The position numbers and the translations under genes were made by a program. The notes under the pieces are model-generated. The model had not been told where the DNA came from and ran no database searches. It saw only the letters and a list, made by a program, of their open reading frames with translations. A stretch of 64,000 nt of DNA from the human T2T-CHM13v2.0 reference genome, Homo sapiens. Shown one piece after another: positions 40,420 through 59,509 of this stretch; within the stretch, counting starts at the first letter, position 1, and each line of letters opens with the position of its first letter. The stretch is from assembly GCF_009914755.1 (NCBI RefSeq), contig NC_060931.1; one strand, given 5' to 3'.

Positions 40420-41662
40420 ATAACTTCCAAATGTACTTCTCCAACGCAGATTTCTCCCCCAAACTCTAGATCAGGAGTTAGCAAACTGCAGCCCTCAGGC
40501 CAAATTCAGCCACAGCCTGTTTTCTAAAATAAAGCTTTACTGGAACACAGCCGTGTCATTCTCCCACGTAGTGTCTGGGGCTACACAAAGGCAGAGTAGT
40601 TGTGACAGAGAACATCTGGTCCACAAAGCCTAAAATATTTACTATCTGGTCCTTTATGAAAATATCTGCGGACACCTGCTTCTATTCATATATCCAACTC
40701 CCTCTTTCTATCTTCACTTAGATGTCTAAAAGTGTACCGAATCTAAAATGCTCAAAACCAAATTCTCATCTTTCCTCTAAGTCTGCTCCAACCAGAGTCC
40801 TATCCATCCCAGTTCATGTTAATCACCTTTCAGGTTAAGTGAGAAATTTTAGAGTCACGTCTTTACTCCTTACTTTCTCTCATACTCTATTTTCAGTCCA
40901 TCAGATATTAAGCCTCCTATTGGATTTATTTTCAACATACTCAGAATTCAGTCTTTCATCAGCCACTCTGCTGCTAACATTCTGGCTTGAACCAGTGCCA
41001 TAGTTTAGGTTACTACCATCTTTACAACATACATCCAGAGTAATCCTGATAACATGGAAGTCAGAGTATGTCCCTTCTCTACTTCAAACCTTATAGTAGC
41101 TCCTGATTTCCCTTAAAGTTATAGCCAAAATGCCTGTAATAGCCCAGAAGCCCTACATGGTCTGGCTCTCCCCTAGTACCTCCCTGACCTGCTCTTCACC
41201 ACGCTCCCCATCACTTGCTCTCATCCAGCCTCTTGAGCCTCCTTGCTGTTCTCAGAAACGCCACACGTGCTTCAAGCCTTTGCCTGAGCTGTCTTCGGCC
41301 TGGAATTTGCATCATTTTCATATCCACGTAACTCACCCTCTCAGCTTTTTCGAAGTCTTTTCTCAGTGAGGCATAGCCTGGTCATCTTATTTACGACTGC
41401 AAACTGTCATCCTTCCAGCACCTCCTCCAAAGTCTTTATCCCTTCCCTTCCTCTATTTTCTCCACAGTACTTACTATCCTTATTGTATATAATTTACTTA
41501 TTATATCTATTTTTTATTTCTTGCTTCCCCCCCGTTAGAATATAAACTCTGTTAAACAGGGTTCAGGAGACGTTTTATTTACATTTACCTATCTTTATCC
41601 TGAGCACATAGGGTGCCAGCCCATAAAAGGCCCAAGGAAATATTTTGTAAATGAAAAATGAA
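40420..41662 (+). mobile_element. L2 (L2a-like) 3' region interrupted by MER58A
   Basis: L2 motifs (TTCACTTAGATGTCTAA; TCCTTACTTTCTCTCATAC; TTAGAATATAAACTC; TATTTTGTAAATGAAAAATGAA tail). Confidence 0.7.
40472..40678. mobile_element. MER58A (hAT-Charlie)
   Basis: AATAAAGCTTTACTGGAACACAGCC; CCACAAAGCCTAAAATATTTACTATCTGG; CAGG...CCTG termini. Confidence 0.85.
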
Positions 41663-42785
41663 CATTGATTTAACATTTTTCAGTGAAAAGCATAACAAAC
41701 ATTTTTCAGCTAACCTTTTTAAAGGCCTTGTATGTGTGACTGCATATGTATGTTCTTTTGGATATTTTTTCTTCTCTCATGATACTATAATTGTAAATAT
41801 ATTCAAACTATGATAGCACTTTCTTATGTAAGACCACTTCAACTTAGTATCTCTGAGATTACTGCTTTTTCAGCCTTTCTTCTAAATAGTCAGTACAGTA
41901 TTTCCATGTCACATTGAGAATTGCTGATGTTCGATGGTGATCTATTAGCCATCTTATCCTTCCAAATCTGTTACTTCTATCTAAATAAACTTAAATTCTA
42001 TTAATAGAATTCTTATATTTGACCCTATCCACATTTAAGAAAATACTTCCCCATCAAAACTTTGCCTTAACCTACCCTCTTTAGAAACCAGAGCCTGAAG
42101 CAAAGATTATAATAGTTACCCTTTACTGAGGAAGTGCAAGCTTGGGGCAGGGATGGTAGAAAATTGATAGTAAGACAAGGAAAGATGCAAAGCAATGCAA
42201 CACAATGGGCTATTGCACTAGCTGGCCTTCTCAACAAATTGCAAAAAGAAGCAGTAAGTGCCCTGAGTAGGCATGTTCTGGTAGGCAGAAATTTCTTTGC
42301 AAGGATTGCAAGGAAAGGCCGTAGTTCAAAGTAGCCAACCAAAGAGACAAAGGGAGATGTGTCTGCCTGGAACCTTCTGACTCCTACTTCCTGGTGGTCG
42401 AAGTTTGCCTCAGAGAATTCCCTTTCCTGCTATCATACCATCTTACCCTCCAGGGTGCAGGTGAGGTGACTTGGCAAGGATGAGCATGGCATGTGAGAAA
42501 TTAGACCACCTGGGCCCAGTATTTAAATCTGACCCAAGCCAGCTCTGAAAACTATGCAAGGGTACTGGTAAAGTCACTGATGGTCTGCAAGGAGGGTAGA
42601 TTCTTCAGAAATAGGACATTGAGGGAATCTGAGAAGGTGTACAAAGTTTATATATTAATACAAAGCCACCAGCTCCAGTTATCAGCTTTACTTAACCTCA
42701 AGCCATGCTCAGAAAAAAAACACTCCCTTTACCTTTATTCATTCAATTCCTCCAAGTTTTCTAACTCTTCTTGGTCACAACCTAA

Positions 42786-43398
<613 letters not shown>

Positions 43399-43477
43399 TG
43401 AACTCTGCAATATTTTCACCATCCAACTGCAAACATTGTTTTTCTGAAGCCACAAATTCCAATTTGTTATCTCATTT

Positions 43478-43670
43478 ATTTTTTAAAATTTTATTCTGGT
43501 AACAGCACTTAACATGAGGTTTACCTGCTTGACAAATTTTTAACTGTACAATACAGTATTGCTAACTATTAGTAACATTGTACAGTAGATCTTTTGAACT
43601 TACTCATCTTGTATTAATTGAAACTTTATGCTTATTGATTATCAACTCCCTATTTCCTCCTCCCCTCCCA
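43478..43670 (-). mobile_element. L1MA/L1MB 3' end fragment
   Basis: CACTTAACATGAG...TGTACAATACAGTATTG...TTGTACAGTAGATC signature. Confidence 0.75.
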
Positions 43671-44403
43671 TCTCACTTCCTACAGATTATTAAATTTACT
43701 GATTTATTATTTCACAAACATTCAGAATGGGCCATCCCAATACAGAAATCTTTTCTAAGTTCTTTTATCGGAGTATTGTTTTTACTGGTGCCATGATTCC
43801 ATCCTGAATTACCTCCTATAGAAATTTACCTCAACAATTAGTCACTCTTATATGTTTTCTCTCTCCCATTTTTATGTATCCATCATCTGAAGCTGCTAAC
43901 CAGGGCCTCTTCTATCCTAAAATTGAAACATACAAGAAGGAAGTGAAACAAGGCAATTAGTCACTATTTCATTTCTTTGTGTGTGTGTGTGTCAGTTAAA
44001 ACCTAATACAGATTTAATTATATGGCAAAGACAGTATTTCATCAGTATATATTGTTAGAGATATTTAGATAAGACATAGCTTGGGAATGGAAAAATATAA
44101 AAGTACAAACTTCAGCTTTTACTATGTGAATTATTTCATATGGTTAAACCCAAAGTGGCATATTCAGGTGCTAGCAGTAAAAGTGATTTGAGTAAGTGCC
44201 TAGAATTTGACCAGGAAGCATAATTCAACAAGCAAGTAAGCTCATGTTCCTTTAGGAGACAAAAACTGAGTTGAGATGCAACCTGACTAGTGTGTAATTG
44301 TAAATTTTTTTCTCTTCACTTCATCAATTAGTATTCAACCTCAATCATTAAAAAATGCACCCATTTCCTGGTTAATAATTATTTATATAAAAATAATAGA
44401 AGC

Positions 44404-45520
<1,117 letters not shown>

Positions 45521-45938
45521 ATGAGAAGACTATAGATCAACTTATAGGCAAGATACACAAAAATATATAAACTCCTAAAACTCAATAAGAAAATAAACAA
45601 CTCAATTTAAAAATGGGGAAAAGACCTAAACAACCACCTCACAAAAGAAGATAAAAAGGTATATCTCAAATAAATATATGAAAAGATGTTCAAAATTATT
45701 TCATGAAATTTCAAATAAAAACAAGATATGGCTATATATGTATTAGAATGGCTAAAATCCAAAAATCTGATAACACCAGGTAATGCTGGTGAGGATATAT
45801 AGTAAACAGGGACTGTAATTCCTATTACTGGTAGGAATGCAAAATGGCATAGACAGGCAGTTTTTTTTAATCAAGGTAAACAGTCCCACCATTTGATCCA
45901 GCAACCACACTCCTGTGTATCTACTCAAATGAGTTGAA

Positions 45939-46242
45939 GCCTGGGCACAGTGGCTCATGCCTGTAATCCCAGCACTTTGGGAAGCCTAGGCAGGAGGACT
46001 GCTGGAGTCCAAGAGTTTGAGCCCAGCATAGGCAATATGGCAAGATTCAGTCTCTACAAAAAAAATAAAAAAAGTTAGACAGGCTTGCTGTCATGTGTCT
46101 GCAGTCCTAGCTACTCAGGAGGCTGAAGTGGGAGGATTGTTAAGGCCAGGGAGGTCGAGGCTGCAGTGAACGGTGATCACGCTGCTGCACTCCAGCCTGG
46201 GTGACAGAGCAAGACCCTGTCTCAAAAAAATAAATAAATAAA
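45939..46242 (+). mobile_element. AluJ
   Basis: GGAGGATTG...GAGGTCGAGGCTGCAGTGA; TSD AATGAGTTGAA. Confidence 0.88.
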
Positions 46243-46391
46243 CCAATGAATGAGTTGAAGTTATGTCTACACAAAAATCTGCATGTGAATGTTCATAGCA
46301 GCTTCATTTACAATTGCCAAAAACTGGAAGCAGCCAACATGTCATTCAATAGGTGAGCAGATAAATGTGGCCTATCTATACAACGAAATAT

Positions 46392-46739
46392 TGTTATAAC
46401 TTGAATGTTTGTCCCCTCCCAAACTCATGTTGAAATTTAATTGCCATTGTAACAATATTAAGAGATGGGACTTGTAAGAGGTGATACGGCCATGAGAGCT
46501 CTGCCGGCATGCATGGATTCCTTGTAAAAGGATGAGTTCAACCCCCTTGCGTCTCTCTCTTGCCCTCTCTCTGCCCTCTGCTTTCTGCCATGGGATGACT
46601 TGGCAACAAGGCCACCAGATGTCAGCCCCTTAATCTAGGACTTTCCAGTCTCTGAAATTGTGAGGAAATAAGTTTCAGTTCTCTATAAATTACCCAGTCT
46701 GTGGTATTTTGTTACAAGAGCACAAGATGAACTAAGATA
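46392..46739 (+). mobile_element. MST-family solo LTR
   Basis: TGAATGTTTGTCCCCTCCCAAACTCATGTTGAAATTTAA start; 5-bp TSD A(A/G)TAT. Confidence 0.82.
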
Positions 46740-47569
46740 AGTATTATCTAGAGATAAAAAGAAATGAGCTATTAAGCTATGAAAGACATGAAGGAAACTT
46801 AAATGCATATCGTTAAGTGAAAAAAGCCAGTATAAAAAGGCTATATACTGTATCTTCCCAACTACATGACATTGTAAGAAATGCAAAACTATATATAGAG
46901 ACAGAGAAAAGATTAGTGTTTTTCAGAAATTCAGGGGGAGGGATGACAGTTATAGCACAGGAGATTTCTTAGGGCATTGGAACTATTCTATGTGATATTA
47001 TAATGGTAGATACGTGGCATTTCACATTAGTCAAAACACATACAACTGTACAGCACAAAGAATGAACCCTAAAGCAAACTATGGACTTCAAATCCTCACC
47101 AGTATTGGTATTACTGAGTCTTTGGATTTTAGCCATAGTTAATAATGTATCAATATTGTTCCACTGATTGTAACATCAGTTGTAACAAATGTGCTACACT
47201 AATGCAAGATGTTAATAATAGGAGAAACTGGGGAGGTAAGAAGTGATGGAATATATAGGAGCTCTCTGTACTATCTGTTCAACAAAATCTTAATAAATGA
47301 AAAACAGCTGATGGAATGTAATAAGAAAGGTTTCTCAAAAGGCGCCCCCCACCCCCGCCATTTTTTGCCATGTGGACCATGCCATGTTTTGGCATGATTA
47401 CTTTCAACATCTTTGTAATTTTACCACGTTTACTTTCAACATCTTTGTAATTGTCTATAGTCAGCTCTGAGAGATGACACATAAGATTTTGACCTGATGT
47501 CAGACTCCTCAATGATGAATCAACTACAGTGTTTCCCATTTCTTATAAGAGCTAACTTAGCTCTAGAAA

Positions 47570-49578
47570 CCAAATTACCAAAATCAAGAAGAAAAGATAG
47601 GATGTCACTACCACCTTAAAGCAATTTTTAAAAATAATTATAAGGGAATACTCTGAGCAATTGAATGCTAACAAATGAGTTAACATAGATGAAATGGACA
47701 AGTTCCTAGAAGGACACAAACTACTGAATCTAACTCAAGAAACTGAAAATCTGAATCTACCTATAATAAGAAATAGATTGAATTAGTAATTGAAAACCTG
47801 TCCACAAAGAAAAGTACAGGCAAAAATGACTTCACTGGTGAATTTTACCAAACGTTTAAAAGTGAATTAATGCCAATCCCCAACAAACTCTCCAAGAAAC
47901 AGAAGATGTTTTCCAATTTTGTCTATGAGGCCAATATTACCCTAATACAAAACCTGAAAAGGCATCATGAGAAAAGAAAGTGAAAGTGACAAATCAATAT
48001 CTCCTAAAATATAGGTGCAAAATCATTAACAAAACACTATCAAAATGAATGTAGCAACACATACACAAAAGGATTACACATCAAGACCAAGTGAGATTTA
48101 TTCAGGAGTCCATGGTTCGTTTAACACCCCAAAATAAATCAATGTAATAGAATATATTACAAAAATCACATGTCAATTGATCAATAAGAAGCATTTGACA
48201 AACAAAATATCCTTTCATGTACAAGTGTGCAACAAACTAAGAGAAAGGACCTTTCTTAATCATAAAATCTATGAAAAAGTCCATAGCTGTCATCATATTT
48301 GATGGTGAAAAATAGAGAGCTTTTCACCTAAGATCAGGAACGAGACAAGGATGCCTATTCTTTCCACTTCTATCCATGACAGTACTAGGTGTTCTATCCA
48401 AGGAAATTAGGCAAGAAAAAGTAATAAAAGGAATCTAGATAGGAAAGGAAAAAATTAAACTATCTCTAATCGAAGATGACATGACCTTGTATATAAATAA
48501 TCCTAAGGAATAAAACAAACTCTAACAACTAACAAACAAGTTCAACAAGGTTTTAGGATACATCAATATGCAAAAATCAGTGGTATTTCTCATATAAATG
48601 TGTTCAGCCCCTGTCCCACATCCATGGATTTAACCAACTGCAGACTGAAAATATTTGAAAAAAAATTGTACTGAACATGTACAGAATTTTTCTTGGTCCC
48701 TAAATAGTATAACAACAATTTATATAATATTTACATTGTATTAGGTATCATAAGTAATCTAGAGATGACTTAAGATATAGAAAAGATGTGCATAGGTTAT
48801 ATGAAAATACTATCCCATTTTATATTAGGATTTGAGTGTCCACTGATTTCGGTATTTACATGAGGTCTTAGAAACAATTCCTCATAGATAACAAGGGACA
48901 ACTCTACATTAACAATCAGGAAATGAAATTAAGAAAGCAATTCCATTTACAATAGCACACAAAAGAATAAAATAACTATAATTAAATTTCACAAAAGAAA
49001 TGCAATACTTGTCAACTGAAAACTACCATAAAACATTGTCAAAAGAAATTAAAGAAGACATAAATAAATGGAAAGACATCCTATGTTTACAGGTAAGAAA
49101 ACTTAACATTGTTAAAATGCTAATACAATCCTCCCTTGATATTTGTGGGAAGATTGGTTTCAGGAGCCCCTGTGGATAGCACATGCATATCTGTGCAATA
49201 GAATGTTATTTGGACATAAGGAATGAAGTATTGATATATACTATAATTTGAATGAACTTTGTCCATTATGTTGACTGAAACCACTATAGTAAGAGAAAAG
49301 TTACACAAGACTGCATATTGTGTGATTCTATTTTTATGAAATGTCAAGAGTAGGCAAACCTAAAGAGATAGAGCATAGATTAGTGGTTACCTAGGACTGT
49401 GGTTGTGACTGCTAATGGATATAGGGTTTCTTGCTAGGGTGATGAAAATGGGCTAAAATTAGATTGTTGTGATGGTTGAATAACTCTGTGACTATAATAA
49501 AAGTCATTGAGTTGTAAACTTCAAGTGGTTAATTTTTATGGTATGTGAATTAAATCTCAATAAAAATATTATAAAAAA
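47570..49578 (+). mobile_element. L1MB-like ORF2 fragment and 3' UTR, with internal deletion and MER2 insertions
   Basis: Degenerate ORF2 (ATAGATGAAATGGACAAGTTCCTAGAA; TAAGATCAGGAACGAGACAAGGATGCC) and a 3' end TATGGTATGTGAATTAAATCTCAATAAA. Confidence 0.82.
48598..48906 (-). mobile_element. MER2
   Basis: ATTTACATTGTATTAGGTATCATAAGTAATCTAGAGATGA core, the reverse of the copy at 5699. Confidence 0.82.
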
Positions 49579-49991
49579 CAGTAGGGTAACCACTTAAATA
49601 ATGAGTATATGACTTCCAAACTAGTACAGGGAACAAAAGGCTCAATTGATCCAACAGAAAACAAAGGAGAAGAAAAATAAACTGGGATATGAATTGTATA
49701 GGAGAGGATAATAGAAATAAATGTAAACATACTAGTAATTACAGTTCAAGTAAATGGAATAAGCTCAGTAATAGGTAGTGTCATACCAATTTTTACATGA
49801 TATTTACTGGAGATACATAAAGCCTAAAGGCATAGAAAGATTGAAAGTAAGATAGCAAACTAAATAACATGTATATATTAAGCTAGAGGAAAGAAAATGC
49901 TGTTATGATATCAGGAAAAAAATACAATTTAAGGTATTTTTTAAGAACACAATAATTATTAGTGATAAAGTGTATCTCTACACAATAATAG

Positions 49992-50291
<300 letters not shown>

Positions 50292-50684
50292 AATAGACAT
50301 CATTTTACAAAGAAAATGTAATTATTCTAAATGAAGTGACCAAATATATGAAGCAAAAGTTGACAGGATTACTAAAAGAAATAGACATTCTGTAATCATG
50401 GTGGAGATATTAGCAAATCTTTCCCAGTACCTTCATAGATCAAGTAAACAAAGATAGCAGAAATTACTAGACGATTAAGCACATCCCTAAAGAGTTTAAA
50501 GAAACCCAAAGAGTTTAAAGAGTTTAAAACTGCATGTTTAACTGATTTGTACATAATAGACAATAACCAAAACAGAAGGAAGTTATGTTTAAAGTACATT
50601 TCTATCAGGTGGTGAATCTTAGTTTGCTTGTTTGATGTTTTTATGGTTTATTTTTATAAGTCGATCAATGTGGAAAGTTGACCT

Positions 50685-50850
50685 AGCATTTATCAAATGC
50701 CTAGTGTGTACCAGATGTTTTACTTCTAATCCTCAGACAACCTCATGAGAATAATTACCTTCATTTAACAAAGAGGAAACAAAGACTTGGGAAAGCTAAG
50801 TGATTTCCTAAATTCTCGTAAGTGGTAGAGTTCAGGTTTGGACTTAAATT
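50685..50850. mobile_element. MIR fragment
   Basis: TAATCCTCAGACAACCTCATGAG...CATTTAACAAAGAGGAAAC. Confidence 0.6.
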
Positions 50851-52608
50851 TGTCTCATAGAGTCCTCTCCTGAGTATATTTTAGAAGTGAGATATTGTTT
50901 CTTGATTAAGTGCTTAACTGCTCCCTTGAAACAAGATACTAAATTTTGAGCATGGGTAAATGTATGTAATTCTACCCTAAAGGGAAATTCATATGAAGTC
51001 CCTTTTTTTGTCTCCCTTTTCCTTTCTTCCTTTTTCTTCCTACAAGCCCAAATCCCTATAAAAAATGAAGAGTTAACACTACCCATCATTATAAATTAGT
51101 TGCTGCAGGCTTTAGTGCAGAAGAACATGAAAGCCCACCTTACCAATATTAGGTGAATAAGATGCTAGTGCTTATAAAGTGGAGTTAAATTAACCTGATT
51201 TAACTAAGAGATGTTATGCCAAAGAGTATAAAAATTGAAGAGAAAAGACAAGTCTAACTTTCTTAGAATATGTGTATATTAGATGAGGTATAATAGGTGA
51301 CACTTAGTTAGCCAGCCCTGTGTTTTAAATATATAATCTTATTTGCGTATTCCATCAATCTTATGAAAAAGGTACTACTATATTTGACATGTCATAAATG
51401 AGAAAAATGAGGCTCAGCGCAGTTAGATAACTCTACCTAAAGTTTTACTGATAAATAAGTAGTAGAGCAAGAATAGACCCCAAGAATCCACGATGGTAAC
51501 CACATAAACCATATTTTCCTCAAAGGTATGTGAAGGTCTCCTAAGAGCAGAAACTTTTTTTTTTTCTGGTAGAAGCAGACTTTCAGTCTATATTTTCTTC
51601 CATTCATTTTTGCACTTCTGATCCAGATCACACCTTTATTTCACTCATCCAATCTATTGGACAACTTTGAGCTTTTCTAGATTTCTTTTTGGGGGACCGA
51701 CTGTGACTAGATGTGTGTTAAAATGGACAATTGTTCTGTTTCCTGAAGAGATTCCAGTCTCTTACTCTTATAGGTGTTCTACAGATGTAGAATTAGGAAA
51801 AGCATTGTCTACATGAAGAAATTTAGAAAACACAAGGAAAACCAATCAGAAGGCCAAAGTTGAGGAAGACTCATGTCTAAGAAAATGAAGGTGTACATCA
51901 GGCTTAGGTAAGAGAAGTCTAGGATACAGGAAAGAGGGGATTCAAATCCAATCGAAAAGCTGAACATTGACCAGCACCATACTAAAATAAACGTACCATA
52001 TAGAATTAATGGGAAGATTTTTAATCTCACATGTAGTCTAATGCTTCCTGCTTCTCTTCAAGTTCTAAGAACTAACAGGCAAGTACTTTTAGTTGTAGGT
52101 GAAGTTTAAGAGAGATCAGGACTAACAGAAGTATGCTGTGTGTTTGGAATGTGTGTTCTTCCGCCATCTGTAGGACATGAGTGTCTCCTATTGGGTGCCT
52201 GTAGCCTAGCTTGTTTCTTTCTGGAATCTTTAGCCATGCACTACATCAATTATAGGAATAATAGCTGTGAAAGACTCCACGTTTTCCCTTCTTCCCGTAT
52301 CTGAGGTGAGAACGATATAGATTAGGTAAAATGCTGTTCCCATTTCAAATATTCAGCCTGACAAAGCAACACTGCTTTCTCAAGCAGTTGCAGTGTACTA
52401 CAATCCAGTCTTTGGGATTAGAAATCCAAAGGACTCAGACTAATACTACGCAAATCACAAGTTTCCTTTTACTGGTTTAATCGTTGCTGATAAAAGGTAC
52501 AAATGAAATTACTGTATTTGTTTAGCATTAATTGTAATTTTTGAAATGTACTCACCACTTACTAAAGATTATAAAGCATGACACTATGTTAAATGAAGAA
52601 TCTAATGA

Positions 52609-52910
<302 letters not shown>

Positions 52911-53444
52911 TAGTGAATAACTTTTAAAAACATTCTGCCAGTGACAAGTAAAAAAAAAAAAAAAATACTGAAGCTCCCGTATTGCTTCATATGTGTTTAT
53001 TGATATTTTCCACAATGTCCAAAATAATGTATTTTACATAGCTTCTGCTCATGAAATATTAGTTGATTTTTTTTTTTCCATGGAGGATTCATTTCAAGTT
53101 ATTTCCCAAACCTTGGTGAGCCAAAATTCAATCTGTCTCTCAGAGGTGGAAACACCTACTTGTAACTAAAAAGTCACTGGGGCTTGTGTATTGATGCCAG
53201 TAAGACTCATTCATCATTGTTGATGATGTTGGTGCACCTGTTTATAAGTTACAGGTATAGAAAAGCCTGAAATAGTAATGTTTTACCCAGACAGATATGG
53301 GGACATTTTCTGTTTTCTTCTAGAGAGAACACTTTTTCTCATTTTGTTTCAAAATGACTTTGCAGACAGTGAGAGTGAAAGGTGTTTTATTCTTACTATT
53401 GACTCTCAAATTTGCAGTAAACCACGTGGTTTCTTTCTTAGAAA

Positions 53445-53615
53445 CATAGAAATTATGAGCTGGAAAGAACCTTAGAAAACAGCCCCATTATTTTACAGAT
53501 GAGGAAACAGGAACCCAGAAAATGATGAGCACCTTTCCAAGGTACCAGATTTAGTTAGCGGCTGAGCCAGAACTGGAGTCTATATTTGCCTTATTCTACC
53601 TCCAGTGTTGTTTCC
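53445..53615. mobile_element. MIR (MIR3-like) fragment
   Basis: ATTTTACAGATGAGGAAAA/C core: ATTTTACAGATGAGGAAACAGG. Confidence 0.65.
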
Positions 53616-55002
53616 CCACCACACACAATCCTGTTCTGCATATCTCAAGCCAAAATAACCAGTCAGTTCACCAAAGAAAGTCCAGTTGATTGTCTGACCT
53701 GTTAGCCAGTACTGAGCTCTGCAAAATTCCCCATTCTTTGTACTACATAGGTGACGCTATTATTCATTGTATTAGACGGTGTCTACTTCATGTAGACAAT
53801 AAAGAGAACATTACTTTTCTGAACTTTGTACCACAATATGTTGTATTTTATTCTAAGAAACTTAATCCTATTTTAGGAACACTGAATTCTGTAACTGATT
53901 AGGTTTCCCTTTTCTAATTGGCTGCTAGACAGCTAAGAACAAATGTGTGGCCTAATTTTATTAGTGGAAAGGGCACTGTGTAATCTAGTGTTCTGTTATC
54001 CTTAGTCCTGCCTTTATTTTACATCGTTATCTTTGATTCTTTTTCTTTTGCTTTTACACTTACTTTGTACCATCTTGCTTTATTTGATCATTGAAATTTA
54101 ATTCTTTCTTGTGACAACATAAATATAAATAAATGCAGATGGGATTGGTTTTAATATGCAACTATTTTATTATGATAGATTGCTTCAATATTCCAGTTTA
54201 TTTTGAATATATCTAGAAGTCTTTCTAACTCAACTTGATTAGTTTACCCTCTTCAACCTTGGGCTACTCTCATTTTGATAAGTTTACATCATGAAGATGA
54301 CATGAGGAAATTAAATTATTTTGTAACTTGTTTACATAATTTGATTTGCCTGAACTACATCTGAACCTGAGTTCAAACTTACAGAAGATAAATAACAAGT
54401 TTGCTATAAAAAGTGTCTCATAAATATGGAGAGAAGTTAACTATCATGAGTTTTAAAATTCTTTTTACCAGGTAAAATGTTTGCTTTATTGGGCATTTCC
54501 TTGGAGTTGAAAAAGCTGTCTGTTTAGCAGATAAATTTCTGAGAGATCAATAATATTGACTTAAATTTCAAAGGGTGCTTTTTTCCGAATATTTTACATA
54601 TTAGCATTGAAGAATCCCTTAAAAAGATAAAGACACATGGTGGATTATGGAGTAGCTCAGAATTTGTCTAACAATCCTTACTCATGTTTGCAATTTGTTA
54701 AGGGCCTAGTAATGATCTGATTTTGTTTGAAAGTTAATTTACTTTATGAAGTAAGATTTGCTATTCCTAATTATTCTATTCACAAGACAACAAGAATTCA
54801 AAAGTAAAATATTTCATTAGTTCTTTCTTCCTGATTGTCTTCCCTCACTTTTTCTAAGGATTCAGTTATTCACATCCTTGTCTGTTATGTGTGTGCTGAT
54901 ACTATTACTTGTAGGTAACTCCAAAGACTTGAGAAGAATCAACATGTTGTTGAGATTCTATGAATTTAAAGCATCCTGAGAGCCACAAGAAAGTGTGTTT
55001 CT

Positions 55003-58061
<3,059 letters not shown>

Positions 58062-58269
58062 TGAGAAATAAACCTTATCAAATTAAGCATATTATAAAAT
58101 AAACCATGAGAATATTGCATCTGTTGGGTCAGTAAGTTCTCACTGAGAAAATTAGAGAACACAACATCACATGGTATGTTGCTTAAGTTATACTCACCAG
58201 ATCAAACAAAATTTAATAAATGATGGAATAAACACACTGTTATTTCAAAAAATAGGCAAGTTAGATCTA

Positions 58270-58530
58270 GGGCTGCATTATCCTATAGAGTAGCCACTAC
58301 CTACATGTGGCTATTTGAGTACTTAAAGTGTGTCTAGCATAAACTGAGATGTGTTGTAAGTACAAAATACATGCTGAGTTTCAAAGATGTAGTACAAATC
58401 AAAAATATAAAATATCTCACTAATAATTGATTTCCTATAGGAAATATCTCACTATATTGATTTCCTATAGGAATAATATTTTAGATATACTTATTGAATA
58501 AAATATAGTAATAAAAGTAATTTTACCAGT
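58270..58530. mobile_element. MER33/MER3-type hAT-Charlie fragment with an internal ~31-bp tandem duplication
   Basis: GTAGCCACTACCTACATGTGGCTATTTGAG...ACTGAGATGTGTTGTAAGT; AAATATCTCACTA...ATTGATTTCCTATAGGA occurs twice. Confidence 0.75.
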
Positions 58531-58550
58531 AAAAACTTGAGGATTGGTAG

Positions 58551-59237
<687 letters not shown>

Positions 59238-59509
59238 TCAGACAGAAAATTTGAAGTTTGTATATGTAAATTAAATATGATATATGGAGAAATCGGAAAC
59301 AAGGTGATATGCAATATAATTGTACTGTGCATGCAAATCAAAAGGGACCAGAAATAAATATTCAAAATAACATTGGTGTGCTGAGACAATAAAAGTATAA
59401 GTGATTTTAATCTTCCAGTTTTTGAAGTGTTACTGATATACTATCTTTTACATTTTTAAAGAGATAAAAGGGAAAAAATAATGTATTACAAAGAAACTAG
59501 CATACCTTG

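Larger units (their letters stand above)
45540..47300 (+). mobile_element. L1MC-like 3' region with nested AluJ and MST LTR
   Basis: ORF2 C-terminal motifs and L1MC 3' UTR (AAACTATGGACTT...TTGTAACAAATGTGCTACACTAATGCAAGATGTTAATAATAGG). Confidence 0.78.

Noticed and set aside
47398-47452. CRISPR-like repeat-spacer
   Set aside because: Only two repeats with a 9-bp spacer, in primate DNA with no cas genes.
53640-54000. Possible conserved element or miRNA hairpin (GTCTACTTCATGTAGAC)
   Set aside because: The stem is only 6 bp, and conservation cannot be judged from a single sequence.
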